Below, one piece after another: positions 46,819 through 57,089 of a stretch of DNA of 64,000 nt; positions within the stretch are counted from its first letter, which is position 1; every line of letters starts with the position of its first letter. Location of the stretch: contig JAGCJJ010000039.1 in NCBI GenBank assembly GCA_017648065.1, positions 10,126 through 74,125 of the forward strand, written 5' to 3'. A program made the position numbers and the translations under genes. The notes under the pieces are model-generated. The model was not told where the DNA came from. It ran no database searches and worked only from the letters and a program-made list of their open reading frames with translations. This stretch comes from Kiritimatiellia bacterium (lineage in GTDB: Bacteria; Verrucomicrobiota; Kiritimatiellia; RFP12; UBA3636).

Positions 46819-47871
46819 TTACTTAAGTGCACCGAACCTAGCTGCTGCATCTCGTAAAAGTTGTTCTGTTGTTTCCCAATCAATGCAAGGATCTGTTACG
46901 GATACTCCAAATTGAAGCTTGTCCTTGTCATGCTTCAATTCCTGTGAACCCCAACCTAAATACGACTCTAACATAAAACCAACTATAGAATAATTTCCAT
47001 TTTCTATTTGTGTCATAATGTCACCAAGTACATAGGCTTGTTTAGCTGGGTTCTCTTCGGAATTTCCATGGCTGCAATCAACCATAATTCTTGATGGTAA
47101 TCCTGCCTTCGTTAATGCTTCTTCTGTCTTACTGATGCTTAAACTTCCATAATTTGGACCACCATCTCCACGCAGTACAATGTGGGAATAATCATTCCCT
47201 CTTGTTCTGCATATAGAAAGAACCCCAGAATCATTTATACCTAAAAATGCATTTGGACGCAAAGCTGTTTTGATGCCTTTAATTGCATTATCTAAGCCAT
47301 TAGGACCTTGACTATTCTTAAACCCAACAGGTGTAGATAAGCCGCTCGCTAAAGTGCGATGTGCATTAGATTCTGATGCACGCTGCCCAATAAATGTCCA
47401 TGAAATTAAATCACCTAAATATTGTGGGATTACTGGATCAAGAGCCTCAGTAGCTGCAGGAAGTCCCATTTTTGCAAGATGTGCTAAAAATTTTCTCGCT
47501 ACCCTAATACCCTGTTCAATTCTAAATGAATCATCAAGAAATGGATCATTAATTAAACCCTTCCACCATCCATTACCACGTGGCTTTTCAAAGTATACGC
47601 GCATGATAATAACAAGATTATCCTCTAGCTCTTTTGCTAATTCATTCAGACGAATTGCATACTCTGTAGCTGATTCAATATCATGGATTGCGCACGGCCC
47701 TACTACTGCCAATAAGCGCATATCTCGTCCATCTAAAATTCCCTTAATGGTTGCTCGAGAATTTTGAATAAAGGCCTGTTGCTTTGGCGCAATTGGTATT
47801 TCTTTTTTTATTTCATTAGGTGAAGGCAAACACTCAAATGAAGAAATATTCTCATCAAACAATGCGCTCAT
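46819..47871 (-). CDS. aroG: 3-deoxy-7-phosphoheptulonate (DAHP) synthase, class I
   Basis: 350 aa of the AroG/F/H type (LLAVVGPCAIHD, GARTTESQ-like region, KPRT-type core). Assigned to a specific isozyme only loosely. Confidence 0.85.
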   Translation of the reverse strand: MSALFDENISSFECLPSPNEIKKEIPIAPKQQAFIQNSRATIKGILDGRDMRLLAVVGPCAIHDIESATEYAIRLNELAKELEDNLVIIMRVYFEKPRGNGWWKGLINDPFLDDSFRIEQGIRVARKFLAHLAKMGLPAATEALDPVIPQYLGDLISWTFIGQRASESNAHRTLASGLSTPVGFKNSQGPNGLDNAIKGIKTALRPNAFLGINDSGVLSICRTRGNDYSHIVLRGDGGPNYGSLSISKTEEALTKAGLPSRIMVDCSHGNSEENPAKQAYVLGDIMTQIENGNYSIVGFMLESYLGWGSQELKHDKDKLQFGVSVTDPCIDWETTEQLLRDAAARFGALK

Positions 47872-47879
47872 AGTTAGCC

Positions 47880-48368
47880 CTACTTTTTAGGATTTAACTT
47901 AAAAATCAACCTCTTTACTTGAGGATATGCAGCCTGGATTCGCTCAATCAAATTACGTTGTGCATGACGTCTGATTTGATTTAACCAAAGTGTATTCTCT
48001 ACATAAATTACGAGTGAACCATCTGCCTCAATAAATTCACCAGGCTTTGAATGTGCAACATAGTCCGCACGAGCAATATTATTCCAATTAGAAGCAATAC
48101 CATCTTGAACAGCATTGTACTCTACTCTAAGCATTTTAAGCGCATCTTTAATCTTGCTATTAATCTTATCAGGATCTCGCATTATTGTTGGAGGAAGCTC
48201 ATCTGAGGCAATTTGGAAACGCTCTTTTTCTAATTCCCATCTATCGCGACTTCTGAAACGAGAGTCTATCCCCCTGCGTTTGAAAGGACGATCTCTTTCT
48301 GAAATCTCTGTTGTTTTCAGAAATCTAGGATCATTACCTTGTAAACTTTTTAGACTGTCGTTTTCCAT
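47880..48368 (-). CDS. DUF721/DciA-like protein
   Basis: The ORF-tool start at 48374 is TTG. ATG at 48368 gives MENDSLKS... The C-terminal segment GSLVIYVENTLWLNQIRRH matches the DUF721 'LxVxVxSSAWAQEL' pattern. Confidence 0.45.
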   Translation of the reverse strand: MENDSLKSLQGNDPRFLKTTEISERDRPFKRRGIDSRFRSRDRWELEKERFQIASDELPPTIMRDPDKINSKIKDALKMLRVEYNAVQDGIASNWNNIARADYVAHSKPGEFIEADGSLVIYVENTLWLNQIRRHAQRNLIERIQAAYPQVKRLIFKLNPKK

Positions 48369-48522
48369 AATCAACCGGAATTAGTAATAAAAAAAATAAC
48401 TTAAATCTGTCGGTACTAATTAAACATTAGGCAGTAGCGATAGCATAAGCTAACGCTACCGCCCAAAGTATTTCATAGCGATAAAATGTTAATACATCAT
48501 TTCGCTAACAGTATCAACAGGA

Positions 48523-49599
48523 TTAAACTAAGCGAGTCTTTCCTGTACCCTTTTCAATGCGACCAATTGGAAGTGGATTTGCACCAGCCTTCTCTAGCAC
48601 GTTAAGAGTCTTCTGTGCGTCCTTTTGTGTTACGCATAGAACATATCCGATACCCATATTGAATACGCGATACATTTCCTCGTTATCAATCTTACCAGCC
48701 TCTTCCATCCACTTGTAGATAGCAGGTACTTCCCAAGAAGATTTATCAAAAACTGCATCAACAGCTTTTGGAAGCATACGAGGTACATTGTCAATTAAAC
48801 CACCACCTGTGATGTGTGCCATACCACGAATCTTTACACCAGCGTCCATAACTGCTGTGACAGGATTTAGGAAGCTAGAGTGAACAGCTAGTAGAGCCTC
48901 CTTAAATGTCTGCTTTGTACCAGGAACCTTATCTGAAAGCTTCTTGCCTGCCATCTCAAAAACAATCTTACGAGCCAATGAGTAACCATTTGTTTGCAGA
49001 CCAGTTGAAGGTAGACCAATTAGAACATCGCCCTCTTTGATATTGTCGCCTGTTACTAAATCCTTCTTAGCAACAACACCTACGATTGTACCAACAAGAT
49101 CATACTCACCCTCTGGATATAGACCAGGCATTTCTGCTGTTTCACCACCAAGTAGTGCGCAATTATTCTCACGGCAAGCCTTACAGAAACCTGAAATAAC
49201 ATCAGCAAAAACATTGCTCTTAAGCTTTGCTGTTCCTAGATAATCCAAGAAGAACAAAGGCTTAGCACCCTGTGTAAGAATATCATTAACGCAGTGGTTA
49301 ACCAAATCTTGACCAACTGTGTTATGAATCTTAGCCATGCTAGCAATCTTTAGCTTTGTGCCAACACCATCAGTTGAAGCAACAAGAATCTGATCTTTGC
49401 CAGGTGACTGGAATAGACCACCGAAACGACCGATATCGCTTAGCACCATATCTGTCTTTGTGCTCTTAACGTCCTGCTTAATTTTATCAAGACCCTTCTC
49501 CATCTCGTCGATATCAACACCAGCTGCTGCATATGCTGACTTCTTAGCAACTGGCTTCTTACAAGGCTTCTTACATGTCTTAACTGTCTTTTTTGTCAT
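48523..49599 (-). CDS. purM: Phosphoribosylformylglycinamidine cyclo-ligase (AIR synthetase)
   Basis: 358 aa with PurM N- and C-domains (VASTDGVGTKLKIA, GMAHITGGG). SD AAGGAAAAAATA-ATG. Confidence 0.9.
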   Translation of the reverse strand: MTKKTVKTCKKPCKKPVAKKSAYAAAGVDIDEMEKGLDKIKQDVKSTKTDMVLSDIGRFGGLFQSPGKDQILVASTDGVGTKLKIASMAKIHNTVGQDLVNHCVNDILTQGAKPLFFLDYLGTAKLKSNVFADVISGFCKACRENNCALLGGETAEMPGLYPEGEYDLVGTIVGVVAKKDLVTGDNIKEGDVLIGLPSTGLQTNGYSLARKIVFEMAGKKLSDKVPGTKQTFKEALLAVHSSFLNPVTAVMDAGVKIRGMAHITGGGLIDNVPRMLPKAVDAVFDKSSWEVPAIYKWMEEAGKIDNEEMYRVFNMGIGYVLCVTQKDAQKTLNVLEKAGANPLPIGRIEKGTGKTRLV

Positions 49600-49642
49600 A
49601 TTTTTTCCTTTTGGATTATTATTATAAATTTATAAAAATTGA

Positions 49643-50248
49643 TTAACGTTGAGCAAGTGCTTTTGTGATTATCTCTCCCGTTGATAAATCACCATCGCTA
49701 TTCTCAAAAATTTCACGAACTGTTTTTACGGCAACATCCTGATTAAAACCAAGCTGAACAAGCCCTAATACAGCATCATTACAAGCCTGAGTCATTGCGT
49801 TGTTTGTTGTTTCACTATTGGTTGAATCTGTTGCATATACCTCAAGAGGATTAATCTTATCACAAAGCTCAACTACAATACGCTCAGCCATCTTCTTGCC
49901 AATACCTGGCAACTTGGAAATGCGCTTGCTATCCTTGGCAACAATCGCAGCACGTAACTCTGCAATTGTCATGCCTCCTAATGCTCCAATAGCAATCTTT
50001 GGTCCAACTCCTGATACAGTAATTAAAAGCTTGAAAAAATCACGTTCTTGTTCTGTTGAAAAACCAAATAACAAATGAGCATCTTCGCGAATATGTTCAA
50101 AAATTAGACACTTGTATTCACTGCCTACTTTTGGCAAGGTATCATAGGTTGAAAGTGGAATCAAAACCTCATACCCTACCCCTCCCACATCAAGAACAAT
50201 GTGAGTAAGTTGTTTTTCATCTAATATTCCGCGAAGAAATGCAATCAT
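49643..50248 (-). CDS. ruvA: Holliday junction branch-migration complex subunit RuvA
   Basis: 201 aa with N-terminus MIAFLRGIL and HhH motifs (LPGIGKKMAERIVVEL). Confidence 0.9.
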   Translation of the reverse strand: MIAFLRGILDEKQLTHIVLDVGGVGYEVLIPLSTYDTLPKVGSEYKCLIFEHIREDAHLLFGFSTEQERDFFKLLITVSGVGPKIAIGALGGMTIAELRAAIVAKDSKRISKLPGIGKKMAERIVVELCDKINPLEVYATDSTNSETTNNAMTQACNDAVLGLVQLGFNQDVAVKTVREIFENSDGDLSTGEIITKALAQR

Positions 50249-51240
50249 TATTCTACAATCTCCACCTCAGTATTGCGAGGAATTAGCATTGATAGTTCTT
50301 CGACATCTTTATTGCTCATGCGTACGCAACCTGCACTTGACTGAGTTCCCAATGTTTTCTCATCCCAAGTACCATGAATTCCATAGCCATCTACACGAAT
50401 TGTATCGCCTGTTGCTTCAAGTGGGATCCAACGTGTACCCAAAATATTTCGTGGATCACCAAATGGGATGCCAGGACCATTACCAGGATACCAAGCAGGG
50501 TCTTTCTGACGGAAACCTGTCTTGAATGTTCCTGCAGGAGTTTTATTATACTGACCTGTACCTACAATGTATTTTTTGAAGAAACGGCCATCAAGCAAAA
50601 GTGTCAATGTATTCTCTGACTTTGAGACTTTAATAGTGAACTTTGGATGATCAGGGAAAATCAAACGATCGCCTGGACGAATAGCATTTGGATTATTAAT
50701 GTTATTGCTCTTCATTATTAAATCAACTGGGCAATTATATTTAGATGCAATCCCAGAAAGAGAATCACCAGAGCTGATAATATAATCAATCTTACCAGTC
50801 ATTGGACGAGGTGTTGTAAACAGTTCAATACTGCACTTACCAATCTTATCTTCTAAATCTTTTGATGATTTAGCATCTGTTGTACCTAAACCTTCATATG
50901 CGGATAGATAAAAATTACGAGCAACCTCAAACTTGCCTGCTTGCATTGCCTTATTGCCTTGGTCTATTGCAGAAGAGATTTCATTTGTAGAAAGTGTTGC
51001 TGCAATTTCTTCTTTAACTATTTCTACATCAGAATACTCTTTGATTGTCAATCCTTCTTTAGTTTCTTCTGTTGTAGTTGTCTCTTCTGTAGAAGGCTTA
51101 CTTTGCTTAGAGCAGCTGACAAAAATTAAAGCAATTACTAATATTGCAATAACTATTCCAACAATCCATGGAAGCAAAGGCTTGCTTTTAGGTTTGTAAT
51201 AATCATTTAAATCGTGAATTTGCATAATATTACCTTTCAT
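50248..51240 (-). CDS. LysM-domain L,D-transpeptidase (YkuD family)
   Basis: N-terminal TM anchor, a LysM domain (DYIISSGDSLSGIASKYN), and a YkuD catalytic motif (HGT...SAGCVRM). Confidence 0.85.
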   Translation of the reverse strand: MKGNIMQIHDLNDYYKPKSKPLLPWIVGIVIAILVIALIFVSCSKQSKPSTEETTTTEETKEGLTIKEYSDVEIVKEEIAATLSTNEISSAIDQGNKAMQAGKFEVARNFYLSAYEGLGTTDAKSSKDLEDKIGKCSIELFTTPRPMTGKIDYIISSGDSLSGIASKYNCPVDLIMKSNNINNPNAIRPGDRLIFPDHPKFTIKVSKSENTLTLLLDGRFFKKYIVGTGQYNKTPAGTFKTGFRQKDPAWYPGNGPGIPFGDPRNILGTRWIPLEATGDTIRVDGYGIHGTWDEKTLGTQSSAGCVRMSNKDVEELSMLIPRNTEVEIVE

Positions 51241-51404
51241 TCACTCATGTGAATTTATATCATAATTAAGCATTATTTTTATGTCAAAATTGTACCAAAA
51301 AAAGGTTCGTAAAACAAGACATAACACCTACTAAATAAACCAGAAAAAACAAATTAAAAGAATAAAATATGTTTTGTGCTGCAAATTTTCAATAAGCAAC
51401 AAAA

Positions 51405-52460
51405 TTATACACAAATATAATCTATAATTTTATTTGCGACATTCTCTGATGTATGCTCTAATGCACATGCTGACATTTTTTCCAGATTATCGCGATGCTC
51501 ATATAAATCACGTACAGCATTTGCTAATTGCTCAGATGTCAATGCATCCTGTAAAAGCATTTTTGAAGCACCCCACTGCTCCATTGCTTGTGCATTATAA
51601 CGCTGATGATCATTTGCTTCTCGTGGAAGTGGAATCATTATAGATGGGATTCCACAAGTGCAAAGTTCAAAGCAAGATGCTGCACCTGCACGGGAAATGC
51701 ATAGGCTTGTTTGAGAATATATTTCAGGCATTTTATCTGTAAAACCATAGAGCTCTACAGGAAATCCCTCTGGATACATTTCTCTAACAGCCTCTTCATT
51801 TGCCTTACCAGCAATATGAATTACCTTTATATTCAAACCCTCAGCAACTAATTGCTTCATTGCTTCTACAGCCTTCTCGTTAACAGACTGAGAGCCTTGG
51901 CTGCCACCCATAATTGTTATGGTAAAATCGTTTGTTGGATTCGCCCACTTTATACCAGAAATTGCCTCTCGTATAGGCATTCCAACCACCTCGCACTTAT
52001 CTTTCTTGAAATACTTCATTGACGCATCAAAAGCGACAAATACCTTTGTAGCAAATCGAGAAGCAAATCTGTTTGCTGAGCCAGGCAAAACATTTGACTC
52101 ATGCAAATAGCGAGGAATACGTAATGCTGTCGCTGCAACAATTGGTGCAATTGATGTATAAGATCCCATAGCTAATATTGCTTTAGGTCTGAACATCAGA
52201 AGCTTAAAAAATGCAATTGGTGTAGATATGAGAAAAAGACGTAAATAACGCCATACTCTCTTAAATTTTCCTCGTATGCCAGTAGTCTTTGCTGGCACAA
52301 TAATTATCTTATCATGCCAGCGCTCTGGTGCACCTGACTCTACACCACGACCAGATAAGATTAAACGTACATCGTGTCCTTGTTTCTGCAACTCATCAGC
52401 GACAGCAATACCAGGGAACATATGTCCACCTGTGCCACCACATGTTACCGCAATCTTCAT
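51405..52460 (-). CDS. murG: UDP-GlcNAc:undecaprenyl-PP-MurNAc-pentapeptide GlcNAc transferase
   Basis: 351 aa, GT28 family, with G-loop GGTGGHMFP and a C-terminal UDP-GlcNAc binding region. Confidence 0.9.
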   Translation of the reverse strand: MKIAVTCGGTGGHMFPGIAVADELQKQGHDVRLILSGRGVESGAPERWHDKIIIVPAKTTGIRGKFKRVWRYLRLFLISTPIAFFKLLMFRPKAILAMGSYTSIAPIVAATALRIPRYLHESNVLPGSANRFASRFATKVFVAFDASMKYFKKDKCEVVGMPIREAISGIKWANPTNDFTITIMGGSQGSQSVNEKAVEAMKQLVAEGLNIKVIHIAGKANEEAVREMYPEGFPVELYGFTDKMPEIYSQTSLCISRAGAASCFELCTCGIPSIMIPLPREANDHQRYNAQAMEQWGASKMLLQDALTSEQLANAVRDLYEHRDNLEKMSACALEHTSENVANKIIDYICV

Positions 52461-52484
52461 CTAGTCGCCCTATTTGTTAATAAA

Positions 52485-53300
52485 TTATTTACCTTGCTCG
52501 CGATATAACTCACCTGGCTTAACTTCTACAGGTGTGCCATTATCCTCAACCCATACGCTTATTGCTGAAGGATTGTATACCATTGAAGAATCTGCTGAGA
52601 ACTGCAAGCGCTGACGTGCCTGCTCGTAATCATAAATTTCAATATTTGTTGCATACCAAACATATGGCTTATTACCAACGTTCTCACAGAAGCCTTCAAT
52701 CAAATCCCAGTTATTCTGGTCATTGAATTCGTATGAGTGACCCCAAACATAGAAAAGACGTGGACGCTTGCAACGCTCATCCTTGAAGCTTAAGAATTTC
52801 TCTGTGTTCTCCATCAAATTGTTTCTATGATGGCAAGTTGCATCCCAGCGAAGGAAATCCTCTGGAAGCTGGAAATCTTGGCGTGTTCTAGTTGTACGTG
52901 AATATACAATGCCACAAGCCTTTGCCTGCTCAATTACTTTATCATTGAAGTCACCAAAAGGATAAGACATACCACGTACTGGATAGCCACATGCCTTTTC
53001 CAATGCTTTTCTGTCTTCAAACATCTCAACAAGCATAGCCTCAGGAGAAATCCAAGATGGATGAGGATGTGTTACAGTATGAACAGACACCTCATGTCCC
53101 TTATAGACCTCAGGAATCTCATCAGCACCTACATGATCAGGTGCACCTGATGCTACACGACTTGAATTCAAATGAAATGTACCACGAACACCATAACGAT
53201 TCATAATTTCAACTAAGCGCTTATCGTGCTTTGTGCCATCATCATAGCTTAGTGTTACTACAAGATATTTACCATCTTTCAAACAATTTGGTCTTAGCAT
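52485..53300 (-). CDS. Polysaccharide deacetylase (NodB-homology / CE4 family)
   Basis: The ORF-tool start at 53318 is TTG. ATG at 53300 is preceded by AAGGAG. NodB motifs TLSYDDG and HTVTHPH are present. Confidence 0.75.
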   Translation of the reverse strand: MLRPNCLKDGKYLVVTLSYDDGTKHDKRLVEIMNRYGVRGTFHLNSSRVASGAPDHVGADEIPEVYKGHEVSVHTVTHPHPSWISPEAMLVEMFEDRKALEKACGYPVRGMSYPFGDFNDKVIEQAKACGIVYSRTTRTRQDFQLPEDFLRWDATCHHRNNLMENTEKFLSFKDERCKRPRLFYVWGHSYEFNDQNNWDLIEGFCENVGNKPYVWYATNIEIYDYEQARQRLQFSADSSMVYNPSAISVWVEDNGTPVEVKPGELYREQGK

Positions 53301-53341
53301 ATTTGCTCCTTTTTTCAAATTTGATAATATTTAGAAAATGA

Positions 53342-54187
53342 TTATATGTGAAGAGAAAGACCTGTTTCAGACTCCCAACCCTTCAACTTATTAGAAATAA
53401 ATTCAATTGCCTTCTCGTTCATCTCTTTTGGCAACAAATCATGAGAAATAATATCACCACAAGAAATTCTTACAGGACTTTTTGGATGAATAGTCATTCC
53501 CAAATCACGCTGTTTTTTGCCAATACGAGCAAAGTCTGTTAGAACTGCAATAGGAACAATATCTACCTCTGCCTTCTTTGCTAGCTTTACACCTAGTGTA
53601 TTAAATGACTTTGGATCAAACTGGCGATAACGAGCGCCCTGTGGGAAAATCAATGCGCTACGACCATTCTTGATGCCTGTTGTACCATCCTCAAGCACCT
53701 TACGCAGATCCTCAAGTGGATTCTTACGGAATACACGGATTGGGTCAACAGCGCGAACTACCTGGCCAAAGAATGGATAATGAGCTAGAGACTCCTTAAG
53801 AATAATTATCAGTCCAGGCCAAGCCATTAGAATAGAAGGTAACAAATATGTTTCAAGTGAGCTTACATGATTGCATACAAAAACAACTGGCTTACTATGA
53901 TTGTTAAGCTTATCAAAGCCTTCAATCTCAATTGTTCCACCTAAGCGCTCTACCAAACGATAAACCATCAAGCCAAACTCAGACCAATATTCATTCATGA
54001 AGTTTGGACGCTTAGCATAAATATAACCCATAATAAAAATACGAGCCATACTTAAATTAAATGCCAAAGTTGCCAACCAAACAGGCCAAGGACGGCGTCT
54101 GCCTTTTTCTGGTGTTTCATATCCTCCAGTAGTTCTCAAAACTTGATGAAATTTATCTGTATATAATTTTCTTACACTTAAATTCAT
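53342..54187 (-). CDS. plsC: Lysophospholipid (1-acyl-sn-glycerol-3-phosphate) acyltransferase family protein
   Basis: Acyltransferase motif region (VCNHVSSLETYLL) and FPQGAR-type motif III. 281 aa with an N-terminal hydrophobic anchor. Confidence 0.65.
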   Translation of the reverse strand: MNLSVRKLYTDKFHQVLRTTGGYETPEKGRRRPWPVWLATLAFNLSMARIFIMGYIYAKRPNFMNEYWSEFGLMVYRLVERLGGTIEIEGFDKLNNHSKPVVFVCNHVSSLETYLLPSILMAWPGLIIILKESLAHYPFFGQVVRAVDPIRVFRKNPLEDLRKVLEDGTTGIKNGRSALIFPQGARYRQFDPKSFNTLGVKLAKKAEVDIVPIAVLTDFARIGKKQRDLGMTIHPKSPVRISCGDIISHDLLPKEMNEKAIEFISNKLKGWESETGLSLHI

Positions 54188-54239
54188 AATAGTTCTCGCA
54201 ATTATTGAATGCTTTAGTTAAAAGAAAAATTTTCTAGCT

Positions 54240-54986
54240 TTAGTGTACGCCTTCAAGTTCCTTCAAACTCTTCAAGCCAAAGTGATCAAGAAATGCATTT
54301 GTAGTACCGAACAAGAATGGGCGGCCAGGTAAATCGCTACGACCAATAATGCGAACCAGCTGCATTTCCATCAATGCCTTGATTACGTGACCAGCACTAA
54401 CACCACGAATTCCTTCAATTTCAGAGCGTGATACAGGTTGGCGATATGCAATAATTGCAAGCGTTTCAATTGCAGGGCGAGCAAGGCGTGTTGGCTTACC
54501 CTTATTTAGCATCTTACGCACCCAGCGACCACAATCTGAAGCTGTTTGAAAACGATAGCCACCAGAAATCTCTACTAGCTCCATTCCCATATTCATATTT
54601 TTGAAATATTCCTGGAGCTCAACAATAGCTTTCTTTACAGCACTTAATGTGCAAACCATCACTTTATCGGAAACCATTTTAAGTTCTGGGCGTATCTCTG
54701 TCTCTTTAGCTGCATCAGCCTCTGCAAATTGAGCAATAGCTTCCTCTTTATTTACAATTCCGCTCTCACCCTCTTTCGCTGCCTCATCAGCAATACGCTG
54801 CACTGCCTCTAGCTCATCATCGGAAACCTCAACAGGCTTTTCTAATTCAGCACGACGCTCCTCCTCAACTGTTTCCACAATCTTATGAATCTCTTGAGGT
54901 GTAATTGGATGATCTGAGCCAAGAATCAAAGCACAAATAATTTGCTTTAGCTCTGGTAGCTTTTCCTCATTAGAACTGTTCAACAT
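54240..54986 (-). CDS. scpB: Segregation and condensation protein B (with an acidic internal insertion)
   Basis: The ORF-tool start at 54992 is GTG. ATG is at 54986. The ScpB winged-helix core is present (LETLAIIAYRQPVSRSEIEGIRGV). Overlaps the scpA stop, as in canonical scpAB operons. Confidence 0.8.
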   Translation of the reverse strand: MLNSSNEEKLPELKQIICALILGSDHPITPQEIHKIVETVEEERRAELEKPVEVSDDELEAVQRIADEAAKEGESGIVNKEEAIAQFAEADAAKETEIRPELKMVSDKVMVCTLSAVKKAIVELQEYFKNMNMGMELVEISGGYRFQTASDCGRWVRKMLNKGKPTRLARPAIETLAIIAYRQPVSRSEIEGIRGVSAGHVIKALMEMQLVRIIGRSDLPGRPFLFGTTNAFLDHFGLKSLKELEGVH

Positions 54987-55782
54987 GATCACTGCCTCCT
55001 ATAACAGGTGGTGGTAAATTTGTGCTGTCTGAAACGTCCTCTAATGGAGTAACCACGATTTCTGTAAAAGAAGCATCTTGTACAGCTGTAATCTGGCGCA
55101 AGCGCAATAGCTCAAGCAATGCAAGGAAGGTTACGATAATCTCTCCACGTGGTGAAGCTGGACTAAACAAGGTTGAAAAAGCAACCTTCTTATCTGTATG
55201 CACAAGCTTTAAGATTAAATCAATCTTATCAGGCACCGTCCAACGAATTGGCTCAATCTCGCCAATTGGTGGAATTGTTGTGCGGGACAACACATCATTA
55301 AATGCATCAATCAAATCGAAAAGACAAACCTCACCAAGTGTCTTCTCTTCCTTCAAATCTTCTTCAGATACAAGCACACCACCTGCTGAGCCAAAAACAT
55401 TCTGCTGCTTAAGCTCTAGCTGAAGAAGATTGTCTGCTGCATCCTTAAATTTTTTATAAGCAAGAAGCTGCTTAACCAAATCCCAGCGTGGGTCCTTACC
55501 CTCCTCCTCTGTATCAGAATCTTCACTCTGATCCTCAACAGGCAAGAGCATACGACTTTTAATCAGTGCAAGGGTTGCTGCCATAACAATAAATTCGCCA
55601 GCCATATTTAGATCGAGCATCTTCATTACGTTAAGATACTCAGTATATTGCTCTGTTATGCGATCTATTGGAATATCATAAATATCCAACTCATCCTTGC
55701 GAATCAAATATAGAAGCAAATCAAGAGGTCCTTCAAAAACCTCAAGATTTACCTTATACTCATCTGGGAGTAATGCCTGCAT
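54970..55782 (-). CDS. scpA: Segregation and condensation protein A
   Basis: 270 aa with an ScpA N-terminal motif (FEGPLDLLLYLIRKDELDIYDIPI). Confidence 0.85.
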   Translation of the reverse strand: MQALLPDEYKVNLEVFEGPLDLLLYLIRKDELDIYDIPIDRITEQYTEYLNVMKMLDLNMAGEFIVMAATLALIKSRMLLPVEDQSEDSDTEEEGKDPRWDLVKQLLAYKKFKDAADNLLQLELKQQNVFGSAGGVLVSEEDLKEEKTLGEVCLFDLIDAFNDVLSRTTIPPIGEIEPIRWTVPDKIDLILKLVHTDKKVAFSTLFSPASPRGEIIVTFLALLELLRLRQITAVQDASFTEIVVTPLEDVSDSTNLPPPVIGGSDHVEQF

Positions 55783-55815
55783 AGCTCTCTGCTCCTTGAA
55801 ATAAATTCAATTCAA

Positions 55816-56778
55816 TTAAATTAAGCCAACTGCATGACGAGCTGCATCAAGAGTCTTACGAGCCTCAGCACGTGCACGTGCAGCACCAGCTGCTAGAATT
55901 TCTTTTACCATCTCTGGCTTTTCTGCTAACTCAGCACGGCGCTCTCTGAATGGTTCAAACTTGCGATTAAATGCCTCAAGCAATTCCTTCTTTGCATGAC
56001 CATAGCCATAACCACCAGCACGGAGATTAGCAGCCATTTCTGCAACCTTTTCAGGAGTTTCCAATAGCTTATAAAGCTGATAAACAATGCAAGAATCTGG
56101 GTCTTTAGGCTCCTCAAGTGGAGTTGAGTCTGTAACAATAGACATAATTGCTTGCTTAATCTGCTTAGGTGTTGCAGACATCTGAATTGTGTTATTGTAA
56201 GACTTTGACATCTTCTGACCATCAATACCAGGAACAACTGCTACCTCTTCTGGAGTGTATGGCTCAGGAATCTTAAATGTCTCACCAAACTTTAAGTTAA
56301 ACTTTGTTGCCAAGTCACGAGTAATCTCAAGATGCTGTTTTTGATCCTTACCAACAGGAACAATATCTGCCTGATAAAGAAGAATATCAGCAGCCATTAG
56401 CACAGGATATGCAAACAAACCATGAGTTGCTTCCTTACCATGAGCCAACTTGTCTTTATATGAATGAGCACGCTCTAGCAAGCCCATCGGTGTAACAATT
56501 GAAAGAAGCCATGCCAACTCCTGAACCTCAGGAACATCGCTTTGCACAAAGAAATTTGTACGCTCAGGGTCTAGACCGCAAGCAAGAAAATCAAGTGCTA
56601 CATCCATTGTATCAATGCGAAGCTGCTCTGCATTAGAAACAGTTGTTAATGCATGATAGTTTGCGATATACACATAAGATTCACCTTTTTCTTGAAGGCG
56701 TACACACTCGCGCATCATGCCAAAATAATTACCCAAATGTAATTTTCCTGAAGGCTGGATACCGGAAAGAACTCTCAT
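55816..56778 (-). CDS. trpS: Tryptophanyl-tRNA synthetase
   Basis: Class I HIGH-region variant (SGKLHLGNYFG) and a KMSKS motif. 320 aa. Confidence 0.95.
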   Translation of the reverse strand: MRVLSGIQPSGKLHLGNYFGMMRECVRLQEKGESYVYIANYHALTTVSNAEQLRIDTMDVALDFLACGLDPERTNFFVQSDVPEVQELAWLLSIVTPMGLLERAHSYKDKLAHGKEATHGLFAYPVLMAADILLYQADIVPVGKDQKQHLEITRDLATKFNLKFGETFKIPEPYTPEEVAVVPGIDGQKMSKSYNNTIQMSATPKQIKQAIMSIVTDSTPLEEPKDPDSCIVYQLYKLLETPEKVAEMAANLRAGGYGYGHAKKELLEAFNRKFEPFRERRAELAEKPEMVKEILAAGAARARAEARKTLDAARHAVGLI

Positions 56779-57089
56779 TAAATATCTCCAATAAAATTAT
56801 AGGTTTTTAACTGAAATTTATTGTTAAAAATTATATCAAAAAAAGGCACAAAATGAAACAATAAAATGTGCTAAAAACAGCCAAAAAACAAACCACTTTT
56901 AACGTAAAAATGTTTTATCTAAAATAAACCGAGTTGCAAAGAAGTGCTGTCATTATTGCGACATACTTCTCTCGCTTTATAACACCAGTGTCGTTAATTA
57001 AAGATTGCACGCAGCATTCATGTTAAAATCATACGAAAACTGCGCATTTTAACAATTACACTTACTTGAACTGGGATTTTACGATAATG

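Noticed and set aside
56779-57089. Long (about 310 nt) leader upstream of trpS, considered as a T-box riboswitch or Trp attenuator
   Set aside because: No T-box consensus (AATTAGGGTGGNACCGCG) on the coding strand. Only weak 5-bp hairpins (GCACA/TGTGC followed by a T-run) are present. It is more likely just promoter plus spacer.
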